64,000 nt of DNA, from assembly GCA_963822585.1 (NCBI GenBank), contig CAWGIE010000035.1:128001-192000 (forward strand). The letters are read 5' to 3'. Position 1 is the first letter of the stretch. Each line of letters begins with the position of its first letter. The notes under the pieces were generated by a model. The model searched no databases, was not told where the DNA came from, and saw only the letters and a program-made list of their open reading frames with translations. This DNA comes from an uncultured bacterium. GTDB taxonomy: Bacteria > Auribacterota > Erginobacteria > Erginobacterales > Erginobacteraceae. Below, piece by piece: positions 42,381 to 52,423 of this stretch. Position numbers and translations under genes: made by a program.

Positions 42381-43043
42381 TTATCCTTTTTCAGCCTCTT
42401 TAGCATTCATTGCTGATAGAGCTTTAACAGCCGCTAATCGTAGGTCATCGTCTTGAGCATCTAATAATTCAACCAAGGCTGGTATCGCTCTCTCATCTTT
42501 GATCTGACCTATAACATATACTGCTTGTCTTTTTCTTCGCCCTTGTCCGTTCTCAGCTAGATCAATCAACTTTGGTAGGGCAGGAGCTCCAATTTTAGCC
42601 AGTGGACAATACCCGAACTCCAATACCATTAGTTCGGGATTTTCTAGGAGTGGTTCGATAGCCCGCTTATCTCCGATCTATCCTAATGCCCATGCCGAAG
42701 TTGCTTGGACTTGATCATCATCATACTTGAGATTTTGAATGATTATTGGGACGGCCCGCTCTTCCTTGATCTGACCTAAGACCATTATCGTCGCAGCTTT
42801 GATTTCCACATCCTCCTCATCAACGAGTTCCATCAATAGCTGTCGTTCTTCCTCAGTTTGGGGACGGCTCCTTTGAAGTTTGTGGATGTAGGTAAATTTC
42901 TCATCGGCGCTGATATTATCCCTCAACTTTGCAGCGAGTTCTTGTATAGATTCCTTTCCCTGGTTTTGTTGGGCCAGGAAATAACAGCTTAAGATGGCTG
43001 TTATAAATATGATCAAAAAACCTGTTTTAATTAATTTCATCAT
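42381..43043 (-). pseudogene. HEAT-repeat protein with in-frame TAG at 42678-42680, ending at a repeat terminus
   Basis: LGQIKEERAVP, WALG*IGDKRAIEPL, IGQIKDERAIPAL all in one frame. Confidence 0.8.
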
Positions 43044-43142
43044 TTTTCATTGCTCTTAATACTTCTTATTCCTTTCTAATCTTTAGCAGCTGTTAGGATT
43101 TGGGGTGTGACCCGGATTCTCTCCTTTAAGAATATCCCCAAA

Positions 43143-43403
43143 TTACTTCCCCCATCTAAAAATAAGTATTATTCCCGCCAATGATAAGAACGCCATGGCA
43201 ACAACAAAAACAAAAGTAATCAGCGTTACTATAAACGGAGTATCTCTCTGCTGATACAGCTCACCATACTGATAATCTTCGTGTAATGGCATGAGAAGCC
43301 ACCACATAACACCCACAAGAAAAAAACAACATAATCCAGCAAATATCGCTCTACTCCGCTTTTCTTCAAGCCATTGAAGAATCTTATTTATTTTTGTATT
43401 CAT
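43143..43403 (-). CDS. Small two-TM membrane protein
   Basis: Two hydrophobic segments; sits alone between repeat termini. Confidence 0.6.
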   Translation of the reverse strand: MNTKINKILQWLEEKRSRAIFAGLCCFFLVGVMWWLLMPLHEDYQYGELYQQRDTPFIVTLITFVFVVAMAFLSLAGIILIFRWGK

Positions 43404-43448
43404 TGAATCAAAATTTAGAATATCCTCAGAAACTACGGGCCCGAGAAA

Positions 43449-43632
43449 ATCAGAGTGAAACATCGACTATTGATAGATAAGGATTATTTAACAGCGAAAA
43501 ACTATCGAAACCGGTCCCGTAATATTTCGAAAAACTCGCCCCACAATACTGCCGCATTCTCGGCCTCAAGCGGATGATTATGAAACAGTATATTCTTCAA
43601 GTTTCTGTCAATAGTCGAGGTTTGACCCTGAT
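43449..43632. repeat. Element A, full copy (184 bp)
   Basis: Both termini and core. Confidence 0.93.
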
Positions 43633-43683
43633 CTTTTCTTTAGTATTTTTTGTATGGCTCCGCTTCTTATCAATTTTTCTTGT

Positions 43684-44160
43684 TCAATATTGAATTCCTT
43701 GCTCTTCAAAAAAACCTTCCAGATCTATACATCTTACATTAATAGCTCTGCAAACTGTAGGAATACGAGCTCCATTGGGCTTAAATAGTTCCTGAGTAAC
43801 GACACATTTATTACGTTCTTTAGCTACAGCAATGATAAACGGATCAGCAACTGGCGAAGCTCTGAGAATATTCTTGCGTCGGACTAGGTCTCTAAATGGA
43901 TTTCTTCCCAAGATTTGAGCAACAATGCGACACTCATCAGGCGTGGGAATAACAAAAATATGGCGATTTTGCTTAAACCATCTAGTCACATGGTCAGATG
44001 TACATAGCAGTTCCAATTCATTGCGAGCTTCTCTAACAGATATGATTTCTCCTCTTAATACAAGCTGATCTATGTGGCTCCATATGCTTGGAAATCGTTG
44101 AGGATAATAATGACCAAGAGTTTGGAATACATTTGTATCGAAAACGTACATTATCACCAT
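43684..44160 (-). CDS. DUF4411 family PIN-like protein
   Basis: YVFDTN, YYP..FPS.W, ADPFIIA.A, VVTQE, RIP.VC. Confidence 0.88.
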   Translation of the reverse strand: MVIMYVFDTNVFQTLGHYYPQRFPSIWSHIDQLVLRGEIISVREARNELELLCTSDHVTRWFKQNRHIFVIPTPDECRIVAQILGRNPFRDLVRRKNILRASPVADPFIIAVAKERNKCVVTQELFKPNGARIPTVCRAINVRCIDLEGFFEEQGIQY

Positions 44161-45293
44161 CCCAAGTAAGATTGGAGCCTGGGAATATTTCGAGCTTTTA
44201 TATTGAGATGACTTGCAAGTTCGGACATGGGTAGCTTTCCGCGATGATGGCTTTCAAGTGCCAACTGAGTGAATCCTTCGCCTAGGTAAGAAAGCTTCGT
44301 GAGATACCAATTACCTCCAGTAATATCTTTTTTGTGTCTGAGGTAATCACGATTCCAACGAGAAGCCATGTTTGAGTAAAGGGTAGAATCAATGATGCTT
44401 TCATCTAGTAAGCGCCGTAAGATCACTTCGCGACTGACAGAAAAGCGAGTGGCAATCTTAGATATTATTTCTGGGTCATCAGCAGGAAGTCCTTCAAATT
44501 CCGAGAGAAAAGCTTGACGAGGGACTAATAGATTTGCTGCAAATCTATTACAGGCTATTTCAGCTCTACGGTCTGAGGGAGACAAATGATCAAAATAAGA
44601 TTCATCAATATCAGTTACACCGTGTAGCCCTAACAATATGTGACCCAATTCATGAGCTAATGTAAAAATCTGTCGAGCAAAAGCGTTAGAGTTATTAACC
44701 ATAATTACAGGAAACTCTTTACTAAGAAGGCAGAAACCGGAGATAAATCTATCTTGAAAAGAGTCTTTAAAAGTAAAAATCCCTGATTCCTCAAGTACAT
44801 GCCGCCACGCTTTGAATGCAGTGTCCATACGATTGAAACCAAACTGCATATCGAGCGTGATACCAAGAAAAGAACGGATTTTACTTGCTAGGTTTGGCAA
44901 TGAACTGGGATTAGCGAAGCATCGGTGGTGAATAGGCGTAGATATAGGATTCGCTAAGAGCTCAAATAGTGAATTTTGGTAGCACTGTGCGAGACGAATC
45001 TTATCTCGAGTATCAGCTGAAAGACGTTCAATTTCAAACTCTGGTAAACGTCGAAAGTTAGCAACCGGATCATCAATAGCTGGTGGTTCTGGAAAGAAAA
45101 AAACCGCCAAAGGAATTTTAAGATGACGATAAGCAAGCGCTTCAAGCGTGCTATATGCAGGTGCTTTTTCACCTGCCTCCCATTTTCTAACTTCATCAGG
45201 TTCTCGCTTGACCTTTGCAGCAAACTCTTCTATGGAAAAACCACACCTTTCACGAGCCCAAGTGATAATCCTAGGATTTACAGCATCAATCAT
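44154..45293 (-). CDS. XRE-HTH plus ImmA/IrrE family metallopeptidase
   Basis: VNP.IITWARE HTH; RQIFTLAHELGH; E..CNRFAA.LLVP; FSVSREV. Confidence 0.92.
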   Translation of the reverse strand: MIDAVNPRIITWARERCGFSIEEFAAKVKREPDEVRKWEAGEKAPAYSTLEALAYRHLKIPLAVFFFPEPPAIDDPVANFRRLPEFEIERLSADTRDKIRLAQCYQNSLFELLANPISTPIHHRCFANPSSLPNLASKIRSFLGITLDMQFGFNRMDTAFKAWRHVLEESGIFTFKDSFQDRFISGFCLLSKEFPVIMVNNSNAFARQIFTLAHELGHILLGLHGVTDIDESYFDHLSPSDRRAEIACNRFAANLLVPRQAFLSEFEGLPADDPEIISKIATRFSVSREVILRRLLDESIIDSTLYSNMASRWNRDYLRHKKDITGGNWYLTKLSYLGEGFTQLALESHHRGKLPMSELASHLNIKARNIPRLQSYLGW

Positions 45294-45397
45294 AAAATGT
45301 CCCCTATTATGTTAATGCTATTCCGGAACTTTTCTATTGGGTAAAACAAGAATAAATCCCCGAGGGAAGAATCCTTCGGGGATTTTTTTTCGTAAAA

Positions 45398-45581
45398 TTC
45401 AGGGTAAAACCTCGGCTATTAATAGATAAGGATTATTTAACGGCGAAATACTATCGGAACCGGTCCCGTAATATTTAGAAAAACTTGCCTCACAATACTG
45501 CCGCATCCCCGGCAGCAAGCGGATGATTATAAGTCAGTAAATTATTCAAATTTCTGTCAGTAGTCGAGGTTTGACCCTGAT
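45398..45581. repeat. Element A, full copy (184 bp)
   Basis: Both termini and core. Confidence 0.93.
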
Positions 45582-45601
45582 CCTTTCTGGAGAAAACATA
45601 G

Positions 45602-46636
45602 TCATTTTCCAAAAGCAAATGATTGCATTATCTCAAAAAACAAAGCCTTATTGATATTGAAGCAATCTGAAGCCAGTTCTTTTGTCCTACCAAGCGCTGT
45701 GCAAGTCAGGGTGTAAAGATGATTATTTCTGACCATCTGGACCATATAAAGGATGGCATTGCTTTCTGATAGCCTATACTTCCATATGGGTTTCGGGAGC
45801 CTGTTTGTTATTTGTTCTTTTGTAAGTAAACCGGATGAATCCACATATATTTTTTTCCAAAGAGCCTCTTCACCTCCAATCTGAGTATAGCCGGAGTCTA
45901 ATAGTTCCATAAAGTCAGGCAATTCTGCATCTTTAAAATCTTTTATTGAATATTTCTTATTATTATCCAAGGGTATTACGGTAATATTTACATTTATTAA
46001 TCCAACACCATGTTCACTCCTAATTTTAACAACAGAAAATTTATCGGTGACGTTAGGTACAATGTCCCAATTTGATGGATACTCAATTGAAATATTATAT
46101 TTGGTGGAAGTATATTTATTCTTTAAAAGATTTTCGGAGGCATCTTCAATTCTACGCTCCTTATTTGATCCTCCATGATTATTTTCTATGTTCTTTTCAA
46201 GAATTCGCGACGTTTCATAATGGTTATTAAATTTGGCCATCTGTAATGCAGTCTTTCCGCTATTATCCCGTATATAAATATTTGCCCCATCTTTGATAAG
46301 AGTATTTACAATATTGGAATAACCTTTAAATGAGGCTACCATCAACGCCGTCATGCCATCATTGTCTTGATGGTTAATGTCAGCTCCTCCATCAATCAAG
46401 GTTTTTACGACTTCGGCGTGTCCATTGTAAGATGACCAGGACAGAGCCGTGACCCCTTGATTGTCTGTCGCGTTTATTTCAGCTCCTTCAGCCAGTAATG
46501 TACTAACCTTCTGAATGTCTCCTATTTTAGCCGATTCTATTAATTCCACAGATAAATCGGCTAATCCCGTACCTGCAAAATGGCTCAAACTCTGGAGGCA
46601 ACAAAATAAGAATAGCAAAAAAAAAGATCGTTTCAT
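45602..46636 (-). CDS. Secreted ankyrin-repeat protein with PsbP-like C-terminal domain
   Basis: GAEIN..D..G.TAL repeats; Y....Y.ISIEYPSNW ... F.EIMQSF. Confidence 0.8.
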   Translation of the reverse strand: MKRSFFLLFLFCCLQSLSHFAGTGLADLSVELIESAKIGDIQKVSTLLAEGAEINATDNQGVTALSWSSYNGHAEVVKTLIDGGADINHQDNDGMTALMVASFKGYSNIVNTLIKDGANIYIRDNSGKTALQMAKFNNHYETSRILEKNIENNHGGSNKERRIEDASENLLKNKYTSTKYNISIEYPSNWDIVPNVTDKFSVVKIRSEHGVGLINVNITVIPLDNNKKYSIKDFKDAELPDFMELLDSGYTQIGGEEALWKKIYVDSSGLLTKEQITNRLPKPIWKYRLSESNAILYMVQMVRNNHLYTLTCTALGRTKELASDCFNINKALFFEIMQSFAFGK

Positions 46637-46735
46637 GATCAACCTTAAGATATTGTTGATTCCCGGATACGGAGGGCGAACTATATTGCTCCCTGCTCAG
46701 TTGAACTTATTATTTGGGGTGTGACCCTGAATCTT

Positions 46736-46845
46736 CCTATTCCCTGACTCGCCCCCGTGATGATCACGAGAGGTTTTTTGGTCATCTCTTTTTCTATGAG
46801 CTTGGTTTTCCGCTCAGCTGTCAATAGTCAAGGTTTGACCCTGAT
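46736..46845 (-). pseudogene. Element C copy 3: terminus plus shortest SDR 5' fragment
   Basis: ATG 46785: MTKKPLVIITGASQGIG, cut at an element-B terminus. Confidence 0.75.
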
Positions 46846-46909
46846 CCTTCTTCGATCCGACCTGTAACATATCTTTTCCGTAGATTAACCATTTTTCTGT
46901 TTCTTTTTA

Positions 46910-47743
46910 TTAATCGCAATCGTATGTCATCCCAATCAAGTAGCAAAGAAACGATGAAATTTGTCGCTCATCAGACGTGGCACAAGCACTAAGGCCAACA
47001 AGACTTCCATCGTATACTTCGGAATATTGCTTATGCGCATCTTCCAATAACTTCCGTGATGTGTTTGCAGAATATTCTATCATTTCCCTTGCAGCACAAT
47101 GCACATTGCTAATGCATTCGATATAACATCTTGTTGCAGATTTCAGGTCAACTTTTTCATCTATCTCATAAAGCACTGTTTTCTTGAATTCACCATCTTC
47201 TTCAAGAAGGACCCGCTGTGAACCAAATTCCATGTAGTACTCCAGAAGACCATCAGACTCATGTGAAGTCCACCTTGATCCTTGTTGAGTCCAATGCACT
47301 GGGATCCCTCGATGTTGAACATAGTTTCTAAGAGCTTCCATAAAACGATATTGGAAATGCTCGTCATATTCTTTAGAGAAAAGCCCCTTTATAATATCTT
47401 TGGCGTTTTCGCCACAAGGTAGGCAGCCACAAATATTGTGGGGGAGTTGATCTACATATAATCGTGCTGCTGTTAAAAGATTCACCAGTAGTATATTTAA
47501 ACCAAGGCGAACCTGAAAGAAGTCAGAGTAGTCTATGTGTTCACGAACCATATATGCGGCAGTAACGTCGAGTATCTGCTTTTCGAAATTAACATAGTTC
47601 GAGATGACGATTTCATACTTCTCCTCAATAGCCAAACAATTGGAGAGTATATGCACGGCATTCTTGTATTCTGAATATTGCGTCTCGGTGATGTCGATTT
47701 CTGGGACTCGACCCGATACTAATTTACGAAGTAAATATTTCAT
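46910..47743 (-). CDS. Hypothetical protein with HEPN-like RxxxxH motif; probable frameshift near the 3' end
   Basis: Helical; MEALRNYVQH; alternate frame continues LLLDWDDIR. Confidence 0.65.
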   Translation of the reverse strand: MKYLLRKLVSGRVPEIDITETQYSEYKNAVHILSNCLAIEEKYEIVISNYVNFEKQILDVTAAYMVREHIDYSDFFQVRLGLNILLVNLLTAARLYVDQLPHNICGCLPCGENAKDIIKGLFSKEYDEHFQYRFMEALRNYVQHRGIPVHWTQQGSRWTSHESDGLLEYYMEFGSQRVLLEEDGEFKKTVLYEIDEKVDLKSATRCYIECISNVHCAAREMIEYSANTSRKLLEDAHKQYSEVYDGSLVGLSACATSDERQISSFLCYLIGMTYDCD

Positions 47744-47972
47744 GGTTCATAACTCTTCATATTATCAGTAAGAAAAAGCAGCGCAAACGCGGCTATTTCA
47801 GAAATATGGATTCATCTAAGGTCGCCTCATACATAAGAATTTATGTGCGGGACTTTATGATTCAGCCTAGAATAACTAAGCATGGATTACAATTTTTCCG
47901 CGGAAGAAAAAGTTTACCTATATCTCCTTATTAGATCCAGAGACCTTGTAAGTGTTGGGAAGCCATTGGACG

Positions 47973-48491
47973 TTACCTGAGATTTAGCGCCTTAAACTCT
48001 GACTCATTACCATTGGAGGAAGGTTGCTGTTTCTTGGTGATCTCTTCATCAAAAACGCGCTTATATCGTTCTTGCAAATTTGATAGGAAAGTTTTCCAGG
48101 CTTTTTGAAATTCATCTAGTAATAATTTGTTGGCACTACCATCCCATGGTACTGGCGCTGTTTCCCTTGCGTAAGTTAAATGCGCTAACTGCTTATTCAT
48201 TGCTCGCCCCCATCTATTCCATTCATTAAGAACGAAATCCACCTCTGTGTCCTCTTCAAGGAAGTGTGCAGCAACGATGTCATCCTTTATAGGAGATTTT
48301 TGGAAAAAGTCCGCCATCTTCCTGCAGTTCAGAAGAAAGGCGTGTTGAATATGGCTATTTATTGGTGGGCAAACTCCGGCTCGTTGAGCAGGGCCAGATT
48401 GAGTCAATGTACCTGATGACACTAGATTAGCATAGTCGTGGACAACGTGTTTTATAACTTTCAATCGCAACTCTATATTAGGAAACGACAA
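47973..48491 (-). CDS. Hypothetical helical protein, possibly HEPN-like (start uncertain)
   Basis: FLLNCRKMADFF ... MNKQLAHLT. Confidence 0.55.
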   Translation of the reverse strand: MSFPNIELRLKVIKHVVHDYANLVSSGTLTQSGPAQRAGVCPPINSHIQHAFLLNCRKMADFFQKSPIKDDIVAAHFLEEDTEVDFVLNEWNRWGRAMNKQLAHLTYARETAPVPWDGSANKLLLDEFQKAWKTFLSNLQERYKRVFDEEITKKQQPSSNGNESEFKALNLR

Positions 48492-48533
48492 TTACGCGTA
48501 TCTCTGCTTCCAAAAAACTCATGATCAAAAAAA

Positions 48534-48716
48534 ATCAGGGTCAAACTTTGACTATTGACAGGTAAGGATTATTTAACGGCGTAAAACTATCGGAACCGGT
48601 CCCGTAAATTCCGAAAAACTCGCCTCACAATACTGCCGCATTCTCGGCCTAAAGCGGATGATTATGATACAGTAAATTATTCTTGTTTCTGGCAATAGTC
48701 GAGGTTTGCCCCTGAT
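48534..48716. repeat. Element A, full copy
   Basis: Both termini and core. Confidence 0.93.
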
Positions 48717-49133
48717 TCGTTTAAGCGATCGAACCTGATTATTCTTGAACATTATGTTTATTTTTTTTATTCAAATTGCCAGAACGCACAACAGATTTTC
48801 TAAATACAAATTCAATTCCAACACCAAATATTAATGGTAAAAGTGAATCAAGATAAATGATAGTGCACAAGAACCCCAAAAGAGAATTATAGATATAAAA
48901 TGGCATAAGGTTTGCCCTGATTTTAATATACCAGTTTGAGATGCTCCTAATATGATAGAAATCAAATTTCGTAGGCCAGCCAAAAGACTAACGCGATAAC
49001 TATCCAAAATATCCACAGCATCGTTATCTCCTAAAATTAAAATCAGAGAAGTATATCGGTCGTTTCGTTTTGTATGGGTATCTTCCCGGTTTATCCGGCC
49101 AAAAATCCGGATCTGATCCATCCTTCAGAAAAG

Positions 49134-49314
49134 ATGGGGTCAAACCCTGACTATTAACAGATAAGGATTATTTAACGATGAAAAACTATCGGAACTGATC
49201 AAGTAATATTTCGAAGAGCTCGCCTCACAATACTGCCGCATTCCCGGCCTCAAGCGGATGATTATGATACAGTAAATTATTCTAGTTTCTGGGTAGTCGA
49301 GGTGTTACCCTGGT
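49134..49314. repeat. Element A, full copy with degenerate right end
   Basis: ggggtcaaaccctgactattaacagataagg ... gtagtcgaggtgttaccctggt. Confidence 0.9.
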
Positions 49315-49433
49315 CCTTTATAATCCCACACTAACAAGCGGAGTAGTGGTTTTCGATTTTTCAAACTGTTCCTTTCTTTCTTTGGTCGATCCATCAAGAG
49401 GAAAGATCTGGCCCCTATCCACTCCTGATCAGA

Positions 49434-50107
49434 TCAGGTCCAATCATTCACATCCGCATAGCAGAATTCATCTGCAGCTTTGTGGACGGACTCAGCCTGT
49501 ATCGGTCCAGTACGAAGCATCTCAACGCGCTCGTCGATTACGCGAACAATCGTAGATCTCTTTGCGAACTGGTATCCCAATGGCTTGCAAACGAGTGCTG
49601 CTATAAGAGTCTGAAAAGGTTTGAATAATCTCGTGCTCTTCATTCAAAGGTGGCTCATCCGCGCAATTTGTGCTGGTAGCGGTGAGGGGAATCTCCATGT
49701 TAAAGCACTTTGTATAATCACAGGCATGTTGGCATTCTTATGCCCAAGTTTCCGGTATTCGCAACAAGTAAGTCAGACACAATATCTTTCTTAGGAGCTA
49801 TTATAGTGAGAGCGCCCGGTAGGAACTTGTCAACCAACCGGTATGCCTTCTGGCTGAAGTGCACAAGCTTGTCTGCCTGTTTAATACTGCCTACGGCCAC
49901 ATGGATAGGATTGGTAAGCGGGCGCTGTTTGGCCTTATATAGTCGACTAATGGCATCGACGTTGAGCGCATTGACCGCCATCATGTACCCTGTATCGGTG
50001 GGCAATACGACACAATGCCCAGAAACAATCAGATCGCAGATCTTATGAACAGCTGTTCCTGCCAGCAATCCGCTTGCAAGTAAGTTAATCGGGGTGGATA
50101 TTCGCAT
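49434..50107 (-). pseudogene. YrdC/Sua5 (threonylcarbamoyl-AMP synthase) family protein, frameshifted
   Basis: VVLPTDTGY, LY.AKQRP..NP, PGALT, GIRMP; PLTATSTN; STIV...LRTGPI across three frames. Confidence 0.85.
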
Positions 50108-50112
50108 TTTGC

Positions 50113-51780
50113 TTACTCCTTTTTGCTTTCCTTGGTGTTGAAATTCAACTTCGCCGCAATTGCACAGTTCGCTTGGATATCCGAGATATAAAGCGAATAT
50201 ATCAAGGCCCGGCCAATGACAGAAAGATCCCTTGCGCCAAGATCCTCACGACTCAAGACGAAATCACAAGATCTTGGTGGAAATTCTCTAGTTTATACTG
50301 TACATTGCTCATCAGCGACTCATTGAGGAGATGTCCCTGGGTGATCATTACCTGATGGATATTCATAATAGAAAAAGAAGTCTCGAGGAATCTTCGATCT
50401 CCAGATTGGACAGAATTTGAATAAATACCTCTTGCCAAGTGTCAGGTAGTGTATATCCTAGTGGTTTGGCAAGTGCATAGCTCCATAGAGTGAGCTGCTT
50501 ATTTATGCCCCGATTTTGAGACGGGATTAATCCGTTCGAATTCGATAATACGCACATAATAAATTCCCGGATCCCGGTTAATAGGTAAGTGCAATCTTCT
50601 TTTCGCATTGTGCGAGTATCAAGATGTAGCAGTACATCAGCAATATGAAGAGCATGGGAATATGTCCCATATTTGTGACGCTTCAGCCAGTTAGGGTCCT
50701 TAGAAGTGGAATCCTCTTGGGCGAACAGGAAACTAATCGCCGAATCAGGGTATCCTTGTGATGAAAACTGGGATTTTCTCAGTAAGTCGAGAAAAGCGAC
50801 AGTGTTGATCTCGGATATTCGATGAGTCATAATGTCAAAGAACCATTTGGCGCGAGTGTCTATAGACATCTCCTTGACAGAATCCAAAAACTTAAGTGGA
50901 GTAGTGACAATAGGATGTAACACAGGCACGCCGAGTTGTAGTAGAAAATAAAGAACTGATGTTGTTGCATAGAGTTTATCGAATTGATTTGGACTGGATT
51001 GCCAAACTCCTTCTGGAGTGAGAAAATCCCTTATCCGCTCAAGAATGGCGGTCAGAGCATCGGCACGGAGGATTTCTTGGGTAATAATACTGGTAGGAAT
51101 GTTCTGAATCCGCTTTACCAAATGACGATAGTTAAATAAATGAGAGCATTCAGAATAGACTGATGAATCATCCCAAAAATGAATGTGTGTCATCCAGGAT
51201 GGTAATACTCGAAGATGCGCCGGAAGTGGTCGATCATGACCCAAGGCGGAAGAATTATCTGCAACATATTGCTGTAGCAGCTCTTCCATATGGTGCTTGA
51301 ACTCACTCAAAAACTCCTCTGGAGATGCATAAGTCCAGGAGAACGCACAGTCTTTAATTTCTCTTTTAAAGGCGAGAAGTTTTTTGTACTGAGGTAAATC
51401 ATTTTCTCCCGGTAGAGGGCCCAAGTCCGGAAGTAGAACATCAACCTAGGACTTCCTGTTTCGTTCCACTTCTTGAACGCCTGCCGCACTTCCTCTTCGG
51501 AACCAGAATCCGCAACCCCTGTGGGTGTTCCAAACCTCTTCCAAAAAATCGCAACAAATACATCGATATCATCGCCAATGGAATCAAATACAATCTGCTG
51601 TGGACGGCCTGCAGCGGGAATAACACAGGTCTCCCACTTAACGACTTCAATCAGGATGTCACGGTGTCTACCAATACCCCTATTGAGGTCTTTGCAGACA
51701 CGGTCAACGATGTCCCTTTCCTCAGAAACGTCGGAGGGTGAAGCAACAAAAATCCTGATTTTACAGATCTTTTTTGGCAT
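50113..51780 (-). pseudogene. DUF4062/TIR-like N-domain fused to an all-helical C-terminal region, frameshifted
   Basis: IFVASPSDV.EER, FWKRFGTPTG..SG.EEE, MFYF; continues in ORF 50363-51424 and further fragments. Confidence 0.75.
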
Positions 51781-51810
51781 TTAATGGACCCTGATCAATC
51801 CACACGTCTT

Positions 51811-52312
51811 TTAGCACTGACGGTTATTTTTAAACCTATCTCTTGGATTCTCAATTAGATTCGCCTTATCAAATTGAGCTTCCCATGCCTCATCGATAAT
51901 ATTTGAAAGTACCGAAGTACTAGATGGATACTTGTAAAACTTGGAGTATCCCGACTCAACATTTAAGTTCACTCGATTTGGCAGTGTCTTATAAGATTCC
52001 CCGAGCTGGATAGCTACAAGCCCATTCGGATGCCCCATCCTTCGGTCGCTGAAGAGAGGATTGGACTTCCCAATCCACAAACCTTCTTGCCCAAGTGCAC
52101 CGCCCGATTAAAACTACAGTAACCGTAGAATCTTGCAGGTAAAGTTCCCGTATCCGACGCATCACATAATCGGTATCATCTGAATCAATTATGTCATCTT
52201 CCATCGCGATCCCGCGGCGAATAAAGCTTCCTTCAAATTGATCACAGAACTCGTCCACGGCGGTTTGATCGTCTTTGTGGTACGAAATGAAACACTTGTG
52301 TCGAACTGCCAT
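51811..52312 (-). pseudogene. TIR domain protein (MTH538/DUF1863, ThsB-like), one frameshift near 52030
   Basis: RHKCFISYH, IRE.YL.DSTVTVVLIG..TW.R.FVDWE; next frame PNGLVAI. Confidence 0.88.
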
Positions 52313-52329
52313 TGTATCCTCCTTGTGAT

Positions 52330-52408
52330 CTCTAACGCTTAACTGAGAGATTTATTTGCCCCTTGCTAAGAGAAAGGTATACAAATTTGCCACAGCTGAT
52401 TGTTAGAA
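52330..52408 (-). other. Putative integron attC-like site
   Basis: Minus strand TTCTAAC...GTTAGAG bounding an imperfect hairpin; GGAGG and ATG follow within about 20 nt. Confidence 0.55.
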
Positions 52409-52423
52409 GTTTGTGTTTTCTGT

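Noticed and set aside
43565..43612. Canonical sigma70 promoter inside element A (TTGACA...TATCAT on the minus strand)
   Set aside because: Spacing in the consensus is about 20 nt rather than 16-18; kept only as a speculative remark
47810..47940. Degenerate attC-like hairpins between the two HEPN-like genes
   Set aside because: Core AAC/GTT boxes are not intact; cannot be supported by eye
48831..49121. 96-aa ORF between two element A copies
   Set aside because: No recognisable motif; may be a decayed fragment, so it is not called
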